From: a virus
Taxonomy: Duplodnaviria; Caudoviricetes
Length of the DNA: 64,000 bases
Reading direction: 5' to 3' (one strand)
IMG/VR virus record: IMGVR_UViG_3300009130_000022
Coordinates: 4,954-68,953 of that record
The position numbers and the translations under genes are program-made. This document shows positions 16,196 to 25,108 of this stretch, one piece after another (the stretch's first letter is position 1; each line of letters opens with the position of its first letter). Under the pieces are notes generated by a model, which worked only from the letters and a program-made list of their open reading frames with translations, ran no database searches and was not told the origin of the DNA.

Positions 16196-16443
16196 CTATC
16201 TGATTCTTTTTCTTCTTTCATTAGGTTTTTAATCTCGTCTAATGTTTGCGTGACAAAGAAGGATGTTCCCCTAGTTACTATCTCTGTATATGTTTCTGGA
16301 TAGCCGTGTTCATCCTTTTTAATTTTGTCAAAAAAATCTTTAGTGACTCCCTCTTTCATGCCGATAACTCTGTATGTATTTACTAATACATTAGAGTATT
16401 CGCTGCCACTTTTCTCTGGTAATGCTGTTAATTTAATATACAT
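16171..16443 (-). CDS. FlbD/SwrD-like small protein (paralog)
   Basis: MYIKLT..VLVN..TEIVT..VTQTLDEI pattern. Confidence 0.55.
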   Translation of the reverse strand: MYIKLTALPEKSGSEYSNVLVNTYRVIGMKEGVTKDFFDKIKKDEHGYPETYTEIVTRGTSFFVTQTLDEIKNLMKEEKESDSWISQQNV

Positions 16444-16445
16444 AA

Positions 16446-16832
16446 TTAGAATTTATCAAGTGAGTATTTAGTCATCAGTCGTTCATCGTTTTCTTTTAAT
16501 TCTCCCTCTATGGGCATATCCTTAAACAAAGGAAACTGTTTGCCTTCTTTTTCTTCTTTTGTAACTGGATTTAGCGGTTGATTACCCTCGCAAACAACTA
16601 CCTCTTTCTTCTTTGGTTTCTCTAGTTTGCGGAACCAGTTGCGTTGTGCCATACTGAACGCAAACCGTAGAAACGAAAAAGCATATACCTTGTTTAGCTC
16701 TATTGAGTTCCCTTTGTATTCAATGGTGAACATCTTTGTATCGTCATTCCAACTAAAGGAACCGAATTTTAGACTTCTTTTAATTTTCATTTTTTGTAAT
16801 TTCCATGTTGTAAACATTGTATCCTTCGTCAA
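16446..16832 (-). CDS. Hypothetical protein
   Basis: 128-aa ORF. Confidence 0.65.
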   Translation of the reverse strand: MTKDTMFTTWKLQKMKIKRSLKFGSFSWNDDTKMFTIEYKGNSIELNKVYAFSFLRFAFSMAQRNWFRKLEKPKKKEVVVCEGNQPLNPVTKEEKEGKQFPLFKDMPIEGELKENDERLMTKYSLDKF

Positions 16833-17073
16833 TCTTTACAATAACATATTCGTGATTCTCTGCAAATTCCTTTTGGTATGTCGATGCTTCCTCATAGGTT
16901 TGAAAATAAGCGTCTGGTATGTCGGCGTTTATGTCTATAACATAATAACGATATTCCGCTCCATTGTGGTCGTAGTTGGGTTCTTCAAGATAGGTTGTCG
17001 CGCAACCGCAAGATAAACCTAACAATAACAAACCAAATATCTTACCTACCTTGTCCTCTATATGGTTTAACAT
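16780..17073 (-). CDS. Putative lipoprotein
   Basis: Hydrophobic segment then LSCGC lipobox-like motif. Confidence 0.55.
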   Translation of the reverse strand: MLNHIEDKVGKIFGLLLLGLSCGCATTYLEEPNYDHNGAEYRYYVIDINADIPDAYFQTYEEASTYQKEFAENHEYVIVKIDEGYNVYNMEITKNEN

Positions 17074-17182
17074 AATTTTTGCTGTTTTTGTTCCAAGAGT
17101 GTTTGTTTTTAGAATGGACTCCTTTGCGTCCCTTGCTGTTTGCTCCAAATGTAATCTTGCCGCTAGTTGCTTTCTTTGCCAT
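17042..17182 (-). CDS. Small basic phage peptide ending YRGQGR (46 aa)
   Basis: MAKKATSGKITFG...KNYVKPYRGQGR; below track cutoff; TAATG coupling. Confidence 0.75.
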   Translation of the reverse strand: MAKKATSGKITFGANSKGRKGVHSKNKHSWNKNSKNYVKPYRGQGR

Positions 17183-17424
17183 TATGGTTTTACTATCATT
17201 CGTTTGGCCTTGCCATCGTCGCTTGCGTCTTTAGCGGCGACATATTTCCATCTTTCATCATCATGTGGGGTTCTTAAATCCTGTTCCATTTTTTTGGGGT
17301 AGTAAATGGTTGTATGAACCCCATTTGTGTCTGCAAAGTAGATTGTTTTGTAAACCACTTCCCTTTCTGTCACGCATCCTGTTAGAATGATACTAAAGAT
17401 TGCTGGTAATAGTTTAATTTTCAT
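17182..17424 (-). CDS. Putative lipoprotein
   Basis: MKIKLLPAIFSIILTGC lipobox. Confidence 0.7.
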   Translation of the reverse strand: MKIKLLPAIFSIILTGCVTEREVVYKTIYFADTNGVHTTIYYPKKMEQDLRTPHDDERWKYVAAKDASDDGKAKRMIVKP

Positions 17425-17669
17425 CGTCCTCTAGGTCTAGTTGTTGATTCTATGATGATGCCTTTGTTTGTGTTCTCACATTTGTCACAAATAAAAGTCA
17501 TTACATCTTTCCCGAAAATATCTTCTGCTATGCTATCAAAGCTAACATCGTTTCCAGCGTCTTTCCATTCAAGGCAGTCCTCGCACCATACCCAATTTTT
17601 TAATGTTCCAAATGTCATTACTGTCCTCCTAATCGGATAGCGGTTTACCACAAGCCCTTCAAGCGTCAT
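17421..17669 (-). CDS. Zn-ribbon protein
   Basis: CEDC...CDKC. Confidence 0.7.
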   Translation of the reverse strand: MTLEGLVVNRYPIRRTVMTFGTLKNWVWCEDCLEWKDAGNDVSFDSIAEDIFGKDVMTFICDKCENTNKGIIIESTTRPRGR

Positions 17670-17983
17670 TGTTTTCGTCTTTGTTTTCTATTCTTAACGA
17701 AATCAGCAGTTGTTTTCAATTCCTCTTTTGAAGTGCAATGAAAACCTCCGCTACAATGATAGCACTTTCTAACCCTTTGGCCAAACTTTTTAGCAACCTT
17801 CAATGCTTCTTCCAAGGTCGCGTATCGTTTCTTGCCTACGCACTCTCTCATCATTGCCCTTTTCTTCTTTTCTCCCTTGGGCGAGTCAAGTAACTGCTTC
17901 AAACGAAAACCGTCAGGCAGTTTATGAAATGACTTCAAGGTCAAATAAGGCTTGATGCTCTTGCTTCCCTCAAACTTTTTCAT
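17666..17983 (-). CDS. Conserved phage hypothetical protein (C..K.RY...EA...C..C..FH.TS)
   Basis: Motif match; ATG 17983 after promoter. Confidence 0.7.
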   Translation of the reverse strand: MKKFEGSKSIKPYLTLKSFHKLPDGFRLKQLLDSPKGEKKKRAMMRECVGKKRYATLEEALKVAKKFGQRVRKCYHCSGGFHCTSKEELKTTADFVKNRKQRRKQ

Positions 17984-17993
17984 GCCAAGCTCA

Positions 17994-18022
17994 ATCATAA
18001 TTCATTCGGGGTTAAAAGTCAA
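17994..18022 (-). promoter_or_regulatory. sigma70-like promoter
   Basis: TTGACT-17(tttaaccccgaatgaat)-TATGAT. Confidence 0.85.
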
Positions 18023-18031
18023 CCAATTTCG

Positions 18032-18235
18032 TCAAGACGGTTGATGCCCTTTGTCGCTATCTTTTAACGCCTGTTCAAAGTCGATTTCGTTTTGCTCAAA
18101 AAAACATTTGGGGCAAAACCACATACTCTGCTTGACATGAGCAACCTTAATTTCCATCTTATGCCAATGTTCATTTATGTCAACACCAGTATCGTGAAAC
18201 CACTCGCATCCACAACTGTCACAACTTAAACTCAT
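18032..18235 (-). CDS. Zn-finger small protein
   Basis: CDSC...CPKC. Confidence 0.65.
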   Translation of the reverse strand: MSLSCDSCGCEWFHDTGVDINEHWHKMEIKVAHVKQSMWFCPKCFFEQNEIDFEQALKDSDKGHQPS

Positions 18236-18326
18236 TTTATCATTGAAATAGGGATACCCTTGCGCCTATACGATAGGCTTACCCGTATGATGAACCTAAT
18301 AAACTGCAAGGGTTCCCTAAATTTTT

Positions 18327-18596
18327 TCATTTTATATCATTAAACTTTGCAATGATTTCACCTTGAACCATTTTGTAATTACTGCTCTCACCGTAAATGT
18401 TTTGGTAATGCTCGACTACTTCTGCATCGGGAATGTTTTTCCAACCAATGCAACCTTCCCAAAGTATCTCTCTCAAATCTCTGTCCTTCAATCCTTCCCA
18501 TTCGGACTCATGCAGGGTTTCGCGCATACCATCAATATCTTCTTTAGAGAATTTGTCAGGCCCAAGGATTTTCATGCTTCTAATACTTTGCTCCAA
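18327..18596 (-). CDS. Hypothetical protein
   Basis: 89-aa ORF; start uncertain. Confidence 0.6.
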   Translation of the reverse strand: MEQSIRSMKILGPDKFSKEDIDGMRETLHESEWEGLKDRDLREILWEGCIGWKNIPDAEVVEHYQNIYGESSNYKMVQGEIIAKFNDIK

Positions 18597-19252
18597 TACC
18601 GTGAGTTTTTACGGTTCTGTTTTTTGTCCCAATATATGCAACGAGCAACATACGGTGCTACGCTTTTCTCTTTGCATCTTGCAAGCCAATCATTTTCAGC
18701 AACTTCATAATACTTTAGTGCCTGTTTGATTTTGATGCCATATACTTGTAACAAATGTGTATCCATGCAAACAACTTGTGCTTCTAGTGGATAAAGCATC
18801 TCTATTGCGAAGGAAGTTTTCGCCTTACCCAAACCAAGAGTTTTCTTGGCAAGCCTATTACGCCACTCACGCCAATCTTCATCAGAATTACGAGAGAGAT
18901 AGTCACTAGGAGAGTTCCAAAAAGTATCATTAAAAAGGCCGATATAATCAGTTCGATTGTTTTGCATACCCACTCTGGTATCCACGATTTTTTTGCACAA
19001 TTTGTCAGAGTCGTAGTTCCAGAGTTGGAGTTGGTCGCCTTTTTCGAGTGTCCATTCCTTGAATCGCTTGATTGCATTATATCCCTTACAGTTATTCTTC
19101 CAAGTAGTATGAACAGACATGAAAGCAAACAGATAACGCTTGAAAGCGGCGATTTCTGTTTGCGGTTTCAACTCCGACCAATACTCGCTGTAGGTTAGAA
19201 CATCTTTTTCCTTTATAGACTTAAAAAAAATTTCAACGGCTGAAGTTTCCAT
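18572..19252 (-). CDS. HhH-GPD superfamily DNA glycosylase-like protein
   Basis: HhH LGLGKAKTSF followed by VVCMDTHLL (catalytic Lys/Asp positions). Confidence 0.7.
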   Translation of the reverse strand: METSAVEIFFKSIKEKDVLTYSEYWSELKPQTEIAAFKRYLFAFMSVHTTWKNNCKGYNAIKRFKEWTLEKGDQLQLWNYDSDKLCKKIVDTRVGMQNNRTDYIGLFNDTFWNSPSDYLSRNSDEDWREWRNRLAKKTLGLGKAKTSFAIEMLYPLEAQVVCMDTHLLQVYGIKIKQALKYYEVAENDWLARCKEKSVAPYVARCIYWDKKQNRKNSRYWSKVLEA

Positions 19253-19386
19253 CTCTCAACTAAATACGAATTAAAAGTTATCGGCTTAATGATTGTTTCA
19301 AAAAGGTTGCCCAAGACTTACATTAAGGAAACTACTACGAAAACTTAAATGCTTGGACAACTGGTATGACTACTAATCAGCGAGGA

Positions 19387-20238
19387 TTAGTTTAGTCCTA
19401 TTTTGGTATTAGGTTGCCCTTTAACACCAAGATGTTTTTTTGCTTGCTCGTAGCCAGCATTATAGCCTTCGTCATACGAATCGGTGTATTCATCGTTTTC
19501 GTAATCTTCGTAATCACCATACTCGTCGCATAAAGGTTTCTCCAATTTCTTTTCGGAGTGGGCAATAACCTTATACTTGGTTGTTCGGAGTTTTTGACAA
19601 TCACAATCTAAAGGAACAGAAACAACATCTGATGGGTCGATTTCTACAATCATCAAATGACCTCCATTGCCATAATTCTTGGCATATTCGTAGCTACCAG
19701 CATGAAAACCAGAAGAACAACCTTGGTTGGCATCGTCGCACACGCTATTTCGGGGCATCTCGTTTACATCTCCGATATTGTTGGAGAATTTGCCGCTATG
19801 CCAATCTGTATAATCATCCCTTACCCCCTTGTATGCGATAAAGTTGCCGTCAGGCGTGAGAGGCATATTCTTATGCTCTAAAAACGCATACAACTCATTA
19901 ACTGCCCTACGGGAAGGATTAATCATCAACTTCTCCAAGAACCGCAAGAGAGGTTTATACGGTTCACCGTTGGACATAAAATCAAGAATCCTCCCGACAA
20001 CATGATTGTGGACAGGTCGATCTTTATAGAAAACCTCTCCTTCTGTAACTCTTATATTGCCTTGGGCGAAATCCTCTACTGCTTTGCTTGTGTCAAACAA
20101 GTTTTCTACTCTGTCCCATTCCTCATTTAACAAGGCTTTTTTTGCCTCGCCAAAAGCGGGGTTTGTTTTGTCCATCGTCAAGGACTTCCCGTTTGCTACA
20201 ACGGTCAGGCTATTATCTGTAAGAATATAAGGTATCAT
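19387..20238 (-). CDS. rIIB: rIIB-like protein
   Basis: NPS..AV.ELY.FL, DGNFIAYKGV, GCSSGFHAG, VEIDPSDVVSVP motifs. Confidence 0.85.
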   Translation of the reverse strand: MIPYILTDNSLTVVANGKSLTMDKTNPAFGEAKKALLNEEWDRVENLFDTSKAVEDFAQGNIRVTEGEVFYKDRPVHNHVVGRILDFMSNGEPYKPLLRFLEKLMINPSRRAVNELYAFLEHKNMPLTPDGNFIAYKGVRDDYTDWHSGKFSNNIGDVNEMPRNSVCDDANQGCSSGFHAGSYEYAKNYGNGGHLMIVEIDPSDVVSVPLDCDCQKLRTTKYKVIAHSEKKLEKPLCDEYGDYEDYENDEYTDSYDEGYNAGYEQAKKHLGVKGQPNTKIGLN

Positions 20239-20252
20239 ATCTGGTGTATATT

Positions 20253-22652
20253 TTACTTCGTGCGGGTTAATAGGTCAAGAGTTTTTTTGGCTTCTGGCTT
20301 TGATTCTTTTTTTTTGTCTGTTTCTTCAAATATGTTATCTGCTTTTCTTTTGCTGGAATGGTGAGTAATGTCAATAATGTTTACATAGTTAAAGAATGTC
20401 AATGAATACTCTTTCTTCCAAGGCCAACTAAACTCATGCCAGTCTATAATAGAAAGCATCGGGTATCTTTCTTTTAACATACTTACACTTGTGTCTAGGT
20501 CGTAAGTAGGGGTATATTCTTTTATCAAACTGTCCAATATGTTCATGCGCTGAAATAATCCGATAATTTTGTCATACTTATCTCCTTTTCTTTTGTTAGC
20601 CATCTCATTGCAGTTTAAGAAGTAAGTCAGGAAAGGTGATTTTTCGTCCACGATATGTTCGCTAACTTTGATTTCCGATTCGTCATTTTTACCTCTACCA
20701 TCTAGGTGCAAGATTTCAACACCGTGTATGTTATCGCTTTTTCTTTGGTGCTGCAATACTGTATGCCTGTCAAGAATTTGTTGTTTTATGTTGTCTTTCT
20801 TTAGCTTTTCGAGAATCTTTTCTTTGGCCCAATCTCTGAATAGAGTCCAGTTATCATTTTTATCAAGTTTATCCCACTTCTTGTTATCTACCCCGCGCTT
20901 AAAACCATAAACATCTGGAACCTTTATGCCAAACGCCTCAATAGCTTTAATCTCTTTAGTGATTAACGATGGATGAGTGTCTTGGTTTTCGCCAATCCAA
21001 AAACCGTCTATCTTGAGATAAATGCCTCCTTCGTTGTCTATGTCAATCGCGCAACTGTTAAAGAAGTCACTTCTGCATTGATGCCACTTGTTGTAGTCGC
21101 AATCCTTATCAAACACAAATTCTTTTGTCTGATGTTTTTCTGGTTTAACAGTTGATGAGCCTTTTGCGGTTTGATTGCTTGGGTAAATATCCCGTAACTT
21201 TACTTTCGGGTATGCGCTCAAGTTTGTAGCAGGGAAATCAAACCCTGTTTTGTCAACGAAGTCTTTCCTGTCTTTTGGAGAACCAAATTTCAAAAGGTAA
21301 ACAAAGTCATACAAAGGAACATTTTCGTCCCTACCTTCGTATTCTTCTACTAATGGGGCAATGGAGTTAAGTCTGCCTTGGTGAGAGGGTCTGTCATCAA
21401 TGATAACAAGGGTTTTATCCTTAACAACTATATGGTTCATTTCTTCACCTTTAACTCTTTTTGTTGTGCCGTATCCTCGACGGGTTTTACTGAAATTGTA
21501 AACAGTTGCTTCGTCGTTTTTCCATTGAGTTAAATCGAATTGACTGTCATTAACTGTAATTGTTTTGCCGCTTGGGTTTACCCATTTAATTCCTTTCTTT
21601 TCTACAACCTTTCTAATGTGATGCCCAAATCCTCCATGAGAAAATGCTGTATCGAATAATAGTTTAGCGTCCCAAAGGGTAGAACAATCTTCAAATCTCT
21701 TTCCTAGCACGACAGGAATCTCTTTCAAACAACTTTTAAGCCTTTTAAGGATGATATTCTTTGTTCTGTCATTATATTGTAGTGCTTCTCGGCTTGCCGC
21801 AATATCCAAATCACCAATTTCAAATGTTAGCCTAATCCCTGCATTCACTAATTCGTAAAGTCCTCCTTCTTGAGTGTCATGCCTGTTAGACCAACTCAAA
21901 TTTAATGCCTCGGAAGAAATTTCATAAGCAATGTTACCCATGATAGCAACTGATTGCCCTTGAACCAGTTTCCAGCTTTCGTCGTCGTTTGTAAAAATTA
22001 CTGTCTCGTCATTCAAGTCGCTATCAAGATTTCTTCCAGAAGCACCTTTGATAGTGGGGGTAACTTTGAAATACTTAAAAAGTCCTACTGCTTTATGGTA
22101 AAACTCGTCAACATCGTCTAGCTTAACTGGAATTACGATTTCAATGCCGCTTTTTGCTTTGCTTTCTTCTTCTGAAAGTTTGGAAATTCTACCTACTTGA
22201 GAAGGGTCAATGAAGGCGTTGTAGGAAACTTTCTTTCCATTTACATAAGAGTTGATAATAAAGTTATCACCGTAAGCAAATGCTGATTTGCAACCTAATC
22301 CTAATTGACCGATCTGCTCGTTTGTGCCGCGCTTGGTAGATTCACCGTACATGGCATAGATTTCACCAATCTCTGTTTCGGTTAATCCGCGCCCAAAGTC
22401 TCTCACTTTTAATTCTAATGATAGGTTAGTGGGGAGGGTTACTACAATAGGGGTTTCATTTTTACCTATCTCTGTATGGGCATCTACCGCATTACAAGAA
22501 TACTCCCGAATTACTGCGAGTATCTTGTCAGAGTATAACTGGTTACGAAGGACATTAAATATATGGGAGATGCCTTCTTCTTTGATTCCAAAAGAATAGG
22601 ATTTGAAATCTTGCGACTGTTCCAAGCTAGTCTGGTTCTTTCTAGTAATCAT
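20253..22652 (-). CDS. rIIA: rIIA-like protein with GHKL ATPase domain
   Basis: LYSDKILAVIREYSCNAVDAH, VRDFGRGL, STKR, GQLGLGCKS; adjacent to rIIB. Confidence 0.85.
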   Translation of the reverse strand: MITRKNQTSLEQSQDFKSYSFGIKEEGISHIFNVLRNQLYSDKILAVIREYSCNAVDAHTEIGKNETPIVVTLPTNLSLELKVRDFGRGLTETEIGEIYAMYGESTKRGTNEQIGQLGLGCKSAFAYGDNFIINSYVNGKKVSYNAFIDPSQVGRISKLSEEESKAKSGIEIVIPVKLDDVDEFYHKAVGLFKYFKVTPTIKGASGRNLDSDLNDETVIFTNDDESWKLVQGQSVAIMGNIAYEISSEALNLSWSNRHDTQEGGLYELVNAGIRLTFEIGDLDIAASREALQYNDRTKNIILKRLKSCLKEIPVVLGKRFEDCSTLWDAKLLFDTAFSHGGFGHHIRKVVEKKGIKWVNPSGKTITVNDSQFDLTQWKNDEATVYNFSKTRRGYGTTKRVKGEEMNHIVVKDKTLVIIDDRPSHQGRLNSIAPLVEEYEGRDENVPLYDFVYLLKFGSPKDRKDFVDKTGFDFPATNLSAYPKVKLRDIYPSNQTAKGSSTVKPEKHQTKEFVFDKDCDYNKWHQCRSDFFNSCAIDIDNEGGIYLKIDGFWIGENQDTHPSLITKEIKAIEAFGIKVPDVYGFKRGVDNKKWDKLDKNDNWTLFRDWAKEKILEKLKKDNIKQQILDRHTVLQHQRKSDNIHGVEILHLDGRGKNDESEIKVSEHIVDEKSPFLTYFLNCNEMANKRKGDKYDKIIGLFQRMNILDSLIKEYTPTYDLDTSVSMLKERYPMLSIIDWHEFSWPWKKEYSLTFFNYVNIIDITHHSSKRKADNIFEETDKKKESKPEAKKTLDLLTRTK

Positions 22653-22661
22653 ACCAGAGAC

Positions 22662-22690
22662 AAACTACAACGGGCGGGGAACGAAGTCAA
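22662..22690 (-). promoter_or_regulatory. sigma70-like promoter
   Basis: TTGACT-17(tcgttccccgcccgttg)-TAGTTT. Confidence 0.75.
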
Positions 22691-22710
22691 GAAGAAAAAT
22701 GAAAACTTTT

Positions 22711-23082
22711 TCAGTTCTTCTTTTTTATGTGTTTTTTGAGAATGTTTTTGACTTTTTCTAAATTTTTGAAGTCTTGTATAAAGTCTGTTACTTTGTCATC
22801 CAAATCGTTACATTTTTGTTCGATTTTGTTGATTGTATCTGTCTCTATCTTTCCCCTAGCTATCAACCCTTTCATCATGGTTTCTAGTTCTTCTGCTCTA
22901 TGTTGATAATTTGGATGCCAACTGTTTTCATCGTTTTCATCCATATCATCGAAAAGGCCGCTCATCTGCTCCTCCCAAAAGTTGATTGCCTTCTCGGAGA
23001 CTTCGACTTGATAAGATAGTTCCTCTCTCTCTTTAATAAGCGACAGGAATTTTTTTTCTTCTTTAGAGAGGTTTCCTGCCAT
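22711..23082 (-). CDS. Hypothetical coiled-coil protein
   Basis: 123-aa ORF. Confidence 0.7.
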   Translation of the reverse strand: MAGNLSKEEKKFLSLIKEREELSYQVEVSEKAINFWEEQMSGLFDDMDENDENSWHPNYQHRAEELETMMKGLIARGKIETDTINKIEQKCNDLDDKVTDFIQDFKNLEKVKNILKKHIKKKN

Positions 23083-23123
23083 CTAATTAAAAATTAGTTT
23101 TTAGTTGGTTGGGGGGAGATGTT

Positions 23124-23693
23124 TTAATGGTTTCCAGAAGTGCCTCCAGAAGTCCATTCTCCTTGGTCAGAGGTTTCTCCAGCACCAGAGGTTCCCGCAT
23201 CATCTTTATTTGGCTCGTTTGCATTTTCGTTTGGAGCATCGTTTTCTCCAGAAGTGCCATTGCCAGAGGTTCCATTGCCAGAGGTTCCATTGCCAGAGGT
23301 TCCCTCGCCAGAGGTTCCCTCGCCAGAGGTTCCAGATGCGTCTTTATTTGGCTCGTTTTCGTTCGCTTGTGGGGAATCGCCAGAGGTTCCAGATGTTCCA
23401 CAAGTGCCGCTATCAGAGGTTCCATTACCAGATGATCCAGATGTATTGGAGTTATCTGGTTCAGAGTAAGACCTTGAAGATGGGTCTGCCCCATTTCCGC
23501 TTGTTCCGCTAGTTGAGTTCATAATTTTATTTTTATTTGAAGTTTGTCTATTCTTTTTTGGAGGCCAATCATTAGAAAGTATGTCGAGCGTTCCTTCTTT
23601 GACCCTTTTAAATACTCTTGATAAGCCCGTAAACCCGCATTCGGGGCATTGTCTTTTTCTTCTGAATAATCTTCTAAACATTTTACCAAACAT
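23124..23693 (-). CDS. GTSG-repeat low-complexity protein
   Basis: CPECG N-terminus then (GTSGN/E)n encoded by 15-bp tandem repeats. Confidence 0.65.
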   Translation of the reverse strand: MFGKMFRRLFRRKRQCPECGFTGLSRVFKRVKEGTLDILSNDWPPKKNRQTSNKNKIMNSTSGTSGNGADPSSRSYSEPDNSNTSGSSGNGTSDSGTCGTSGTSGDSPQANENEPNKDASGTSGEGTSGEGTSGNGTSGNGTSGNGTSGENDAPNENANEPNKDDAGTSGAGETSDQGEWTSGGTSGNH

Positions 23694-23758
23694 TACCTAT
23701 AATATGTCTTTATTTGTCCTTTTATAATTCATATTTGATTTGTTAATCTATCATAAAT

Positions 23759-24013
23759 TCACAGTATGCTCCTATTTACAAACGGATATTTAGATGTAAA
23801 ATCCCTGTCTTGAAAAGAAGGGTTTTTAGAAAACATATGGTCTGGATAGTCAAAAACTGCATCGCCGCCGCTAGAGAAAATTGTTACGGGGATGTTATCA
23901 GCTATGTGTCTTACGAGTTTATTTCTGGCAGCTTCGCTGTCCATGTTTGCTTGTTTGTTAACATCGAAGTAGTCATTTATAACTTTTCTAAAAATAGGTT
24001 CAATCGACTTCAT
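23759..24013 (-). CDS. Hypothetical protein
   Basis: 84-aa ORF. Confidence 0.6.
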   Translation of the reverse strand: MKSIEPIFRKVINDYFDVNKQANMDSEAARNKLVRHIADNIPVTIFSSGGDAVFDYPDHMFSKNPSFQDRDFTSKYPFVNRSIL

Positions 24014-24182
24014 CTACATCTTCCCCATTAATTTCAGTCCTTAATGCTCGTATAGAGCCACTCATTGACTCTGTATACTTTTTGATATTATTTATATTAT
24101 TGTTTAAGTCAGCTAAACAGGTTAAAACTTGCGTTTCGAATGTTAACAGGGATTCATCTTCGTTATAATCTTTATTTGGCAT
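24000..24182 (-). CDS. Hypothetical protein
   Basis: 60-aa ORF. Confidence 0.55.
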   Translation of the reverse strand: MPNKDYNEDESLLTFETQVLTCLADLNNNINNIKKYTESMSGSIRALRTEINGEDVDEVD

Positions 24183-24304
24183 TTTTGAGTTCGCTTTTCA
24201 TTTTACGAGTTGATTGCCTCCAAAAATTCCCACCAATATGGATAAAGTTAAAATTATAATCCACCAAATTAATTTGTGTTTATTTGGCACTTTTTCGTTC
24301 TCTT

Positions 24305-24451
24305 TTAATCCCCTATATCTTTTACGGCTTCGGCTGCTTCCTTTATTTCGGCTGCTGCCTTTGCAAACGCACCCTTTTTGAGGGTGTAAATCCAGTAACC
24401 TAAAGCACCGTTAAGTGCCAACGATAATATTAGTATAATCCACATTGTCAT
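24305..24451 (-). CDS. Small membrane-anchored protein
   Basis: MTMWIILILSLALNGALGYW TM helix; TAATG coupling. Confidence 0.6.
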   Translation of the reverse strand: MTMWIILILSLALNGALGYWIYTLKKGAFAKAAAEIKEAAEAVKDIGD

Positions 24452-24732
24452 TATTTGTCCTCTGTTAAAAGTTCTTTGAGTCTCTTGAGGTGAAAACACA
24501 TCCAGCTTTCACCTATAGCTTTTTCAGCGTTATGCTCTGCTATCATTTTTTTCTTATGCTCTAAATCTTCCCCTTCGGCTACTTCAATTATTTGGTCGAG
24601 AAGCTGTAATACTTTAGTGTTTGCCAAGTTTTTCTCTAAACCTGTTTCTGTCAAGGTGAAATATCTTTGGTCAGAGCTGTCGTAGCTCATTGAAGTGGTC
24701 TCGCCTTCTTGTTCTACCCAAGTAGTGTTCAT
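24451..24732 (-). CDS. Hypothetical protein
   Basis: AIGESWMCFHLK motif. Confidence 0.65.
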   Translation of the reverse strand: MNTTWVEQEGETTSMSYDSSDQRYFTLTETGLEKNLANTKVLQLLDQIIEVAEGEDLEHKKKMIAEHNAEKAIGESWMCFHLKRLKELLTEDK

Positions 24733-24756
24733 ATATACATCTTTTGGTATAACGAT

Positions 24757-25065
24757 TTATTTCTTGGCGAAATTCATGGGATCTATTTTCTTTTCTATGC
24801 CCATTCCTCTGATGTTTTCGTTGGGAATTGTCACTTTTGTTGAAGTGTCTGCGTAGTATATGACAGTCTCCCTCATGCCGATCCTAACTATTCTGGCTTC
24901 TCTGCCGCCAACATATACAATGTCATCAGCTTGATACTGTTTGCTCCACCAAAGTAACACTCCTTGGGCCGTACTGCTAATTAAACTATTGAAAACTATT
25001 GCTACGATACCCACCAAAAAAACCCAACCATGTTCGCCTATAAAGCTTTGAGCTGTCTCTTCCAT
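24757..25065 (-). CDS. Short MscS-like (mechanosensitive channel beta-domain) protein
   Basis: TM helix then DDIVYVGG..ARIVRIGMRET..IPN. Confidence 0.65.
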   Translation of the reverse strand: MEETAQSFIGEHGWVFLVGIVAIVFNSLISSTAQGVLLWWSKQYQADDIVYVGGREARIVRIGMRETVIYYADTSTKVTIPNENIRGMGIEKKIDPMNFAKK

Positions 25066-25108
25066 GTCTTAAATTACACTTTATTTGGCTTTTTTGTGTT
25101 CACTTTTG

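Noticed and set aside
18250-18318. Hammerhead ribozyme (ATGATGA...TAAAC)
   Set aside because: Lacks CUGANGA and GAAA core nucleotides and stem II
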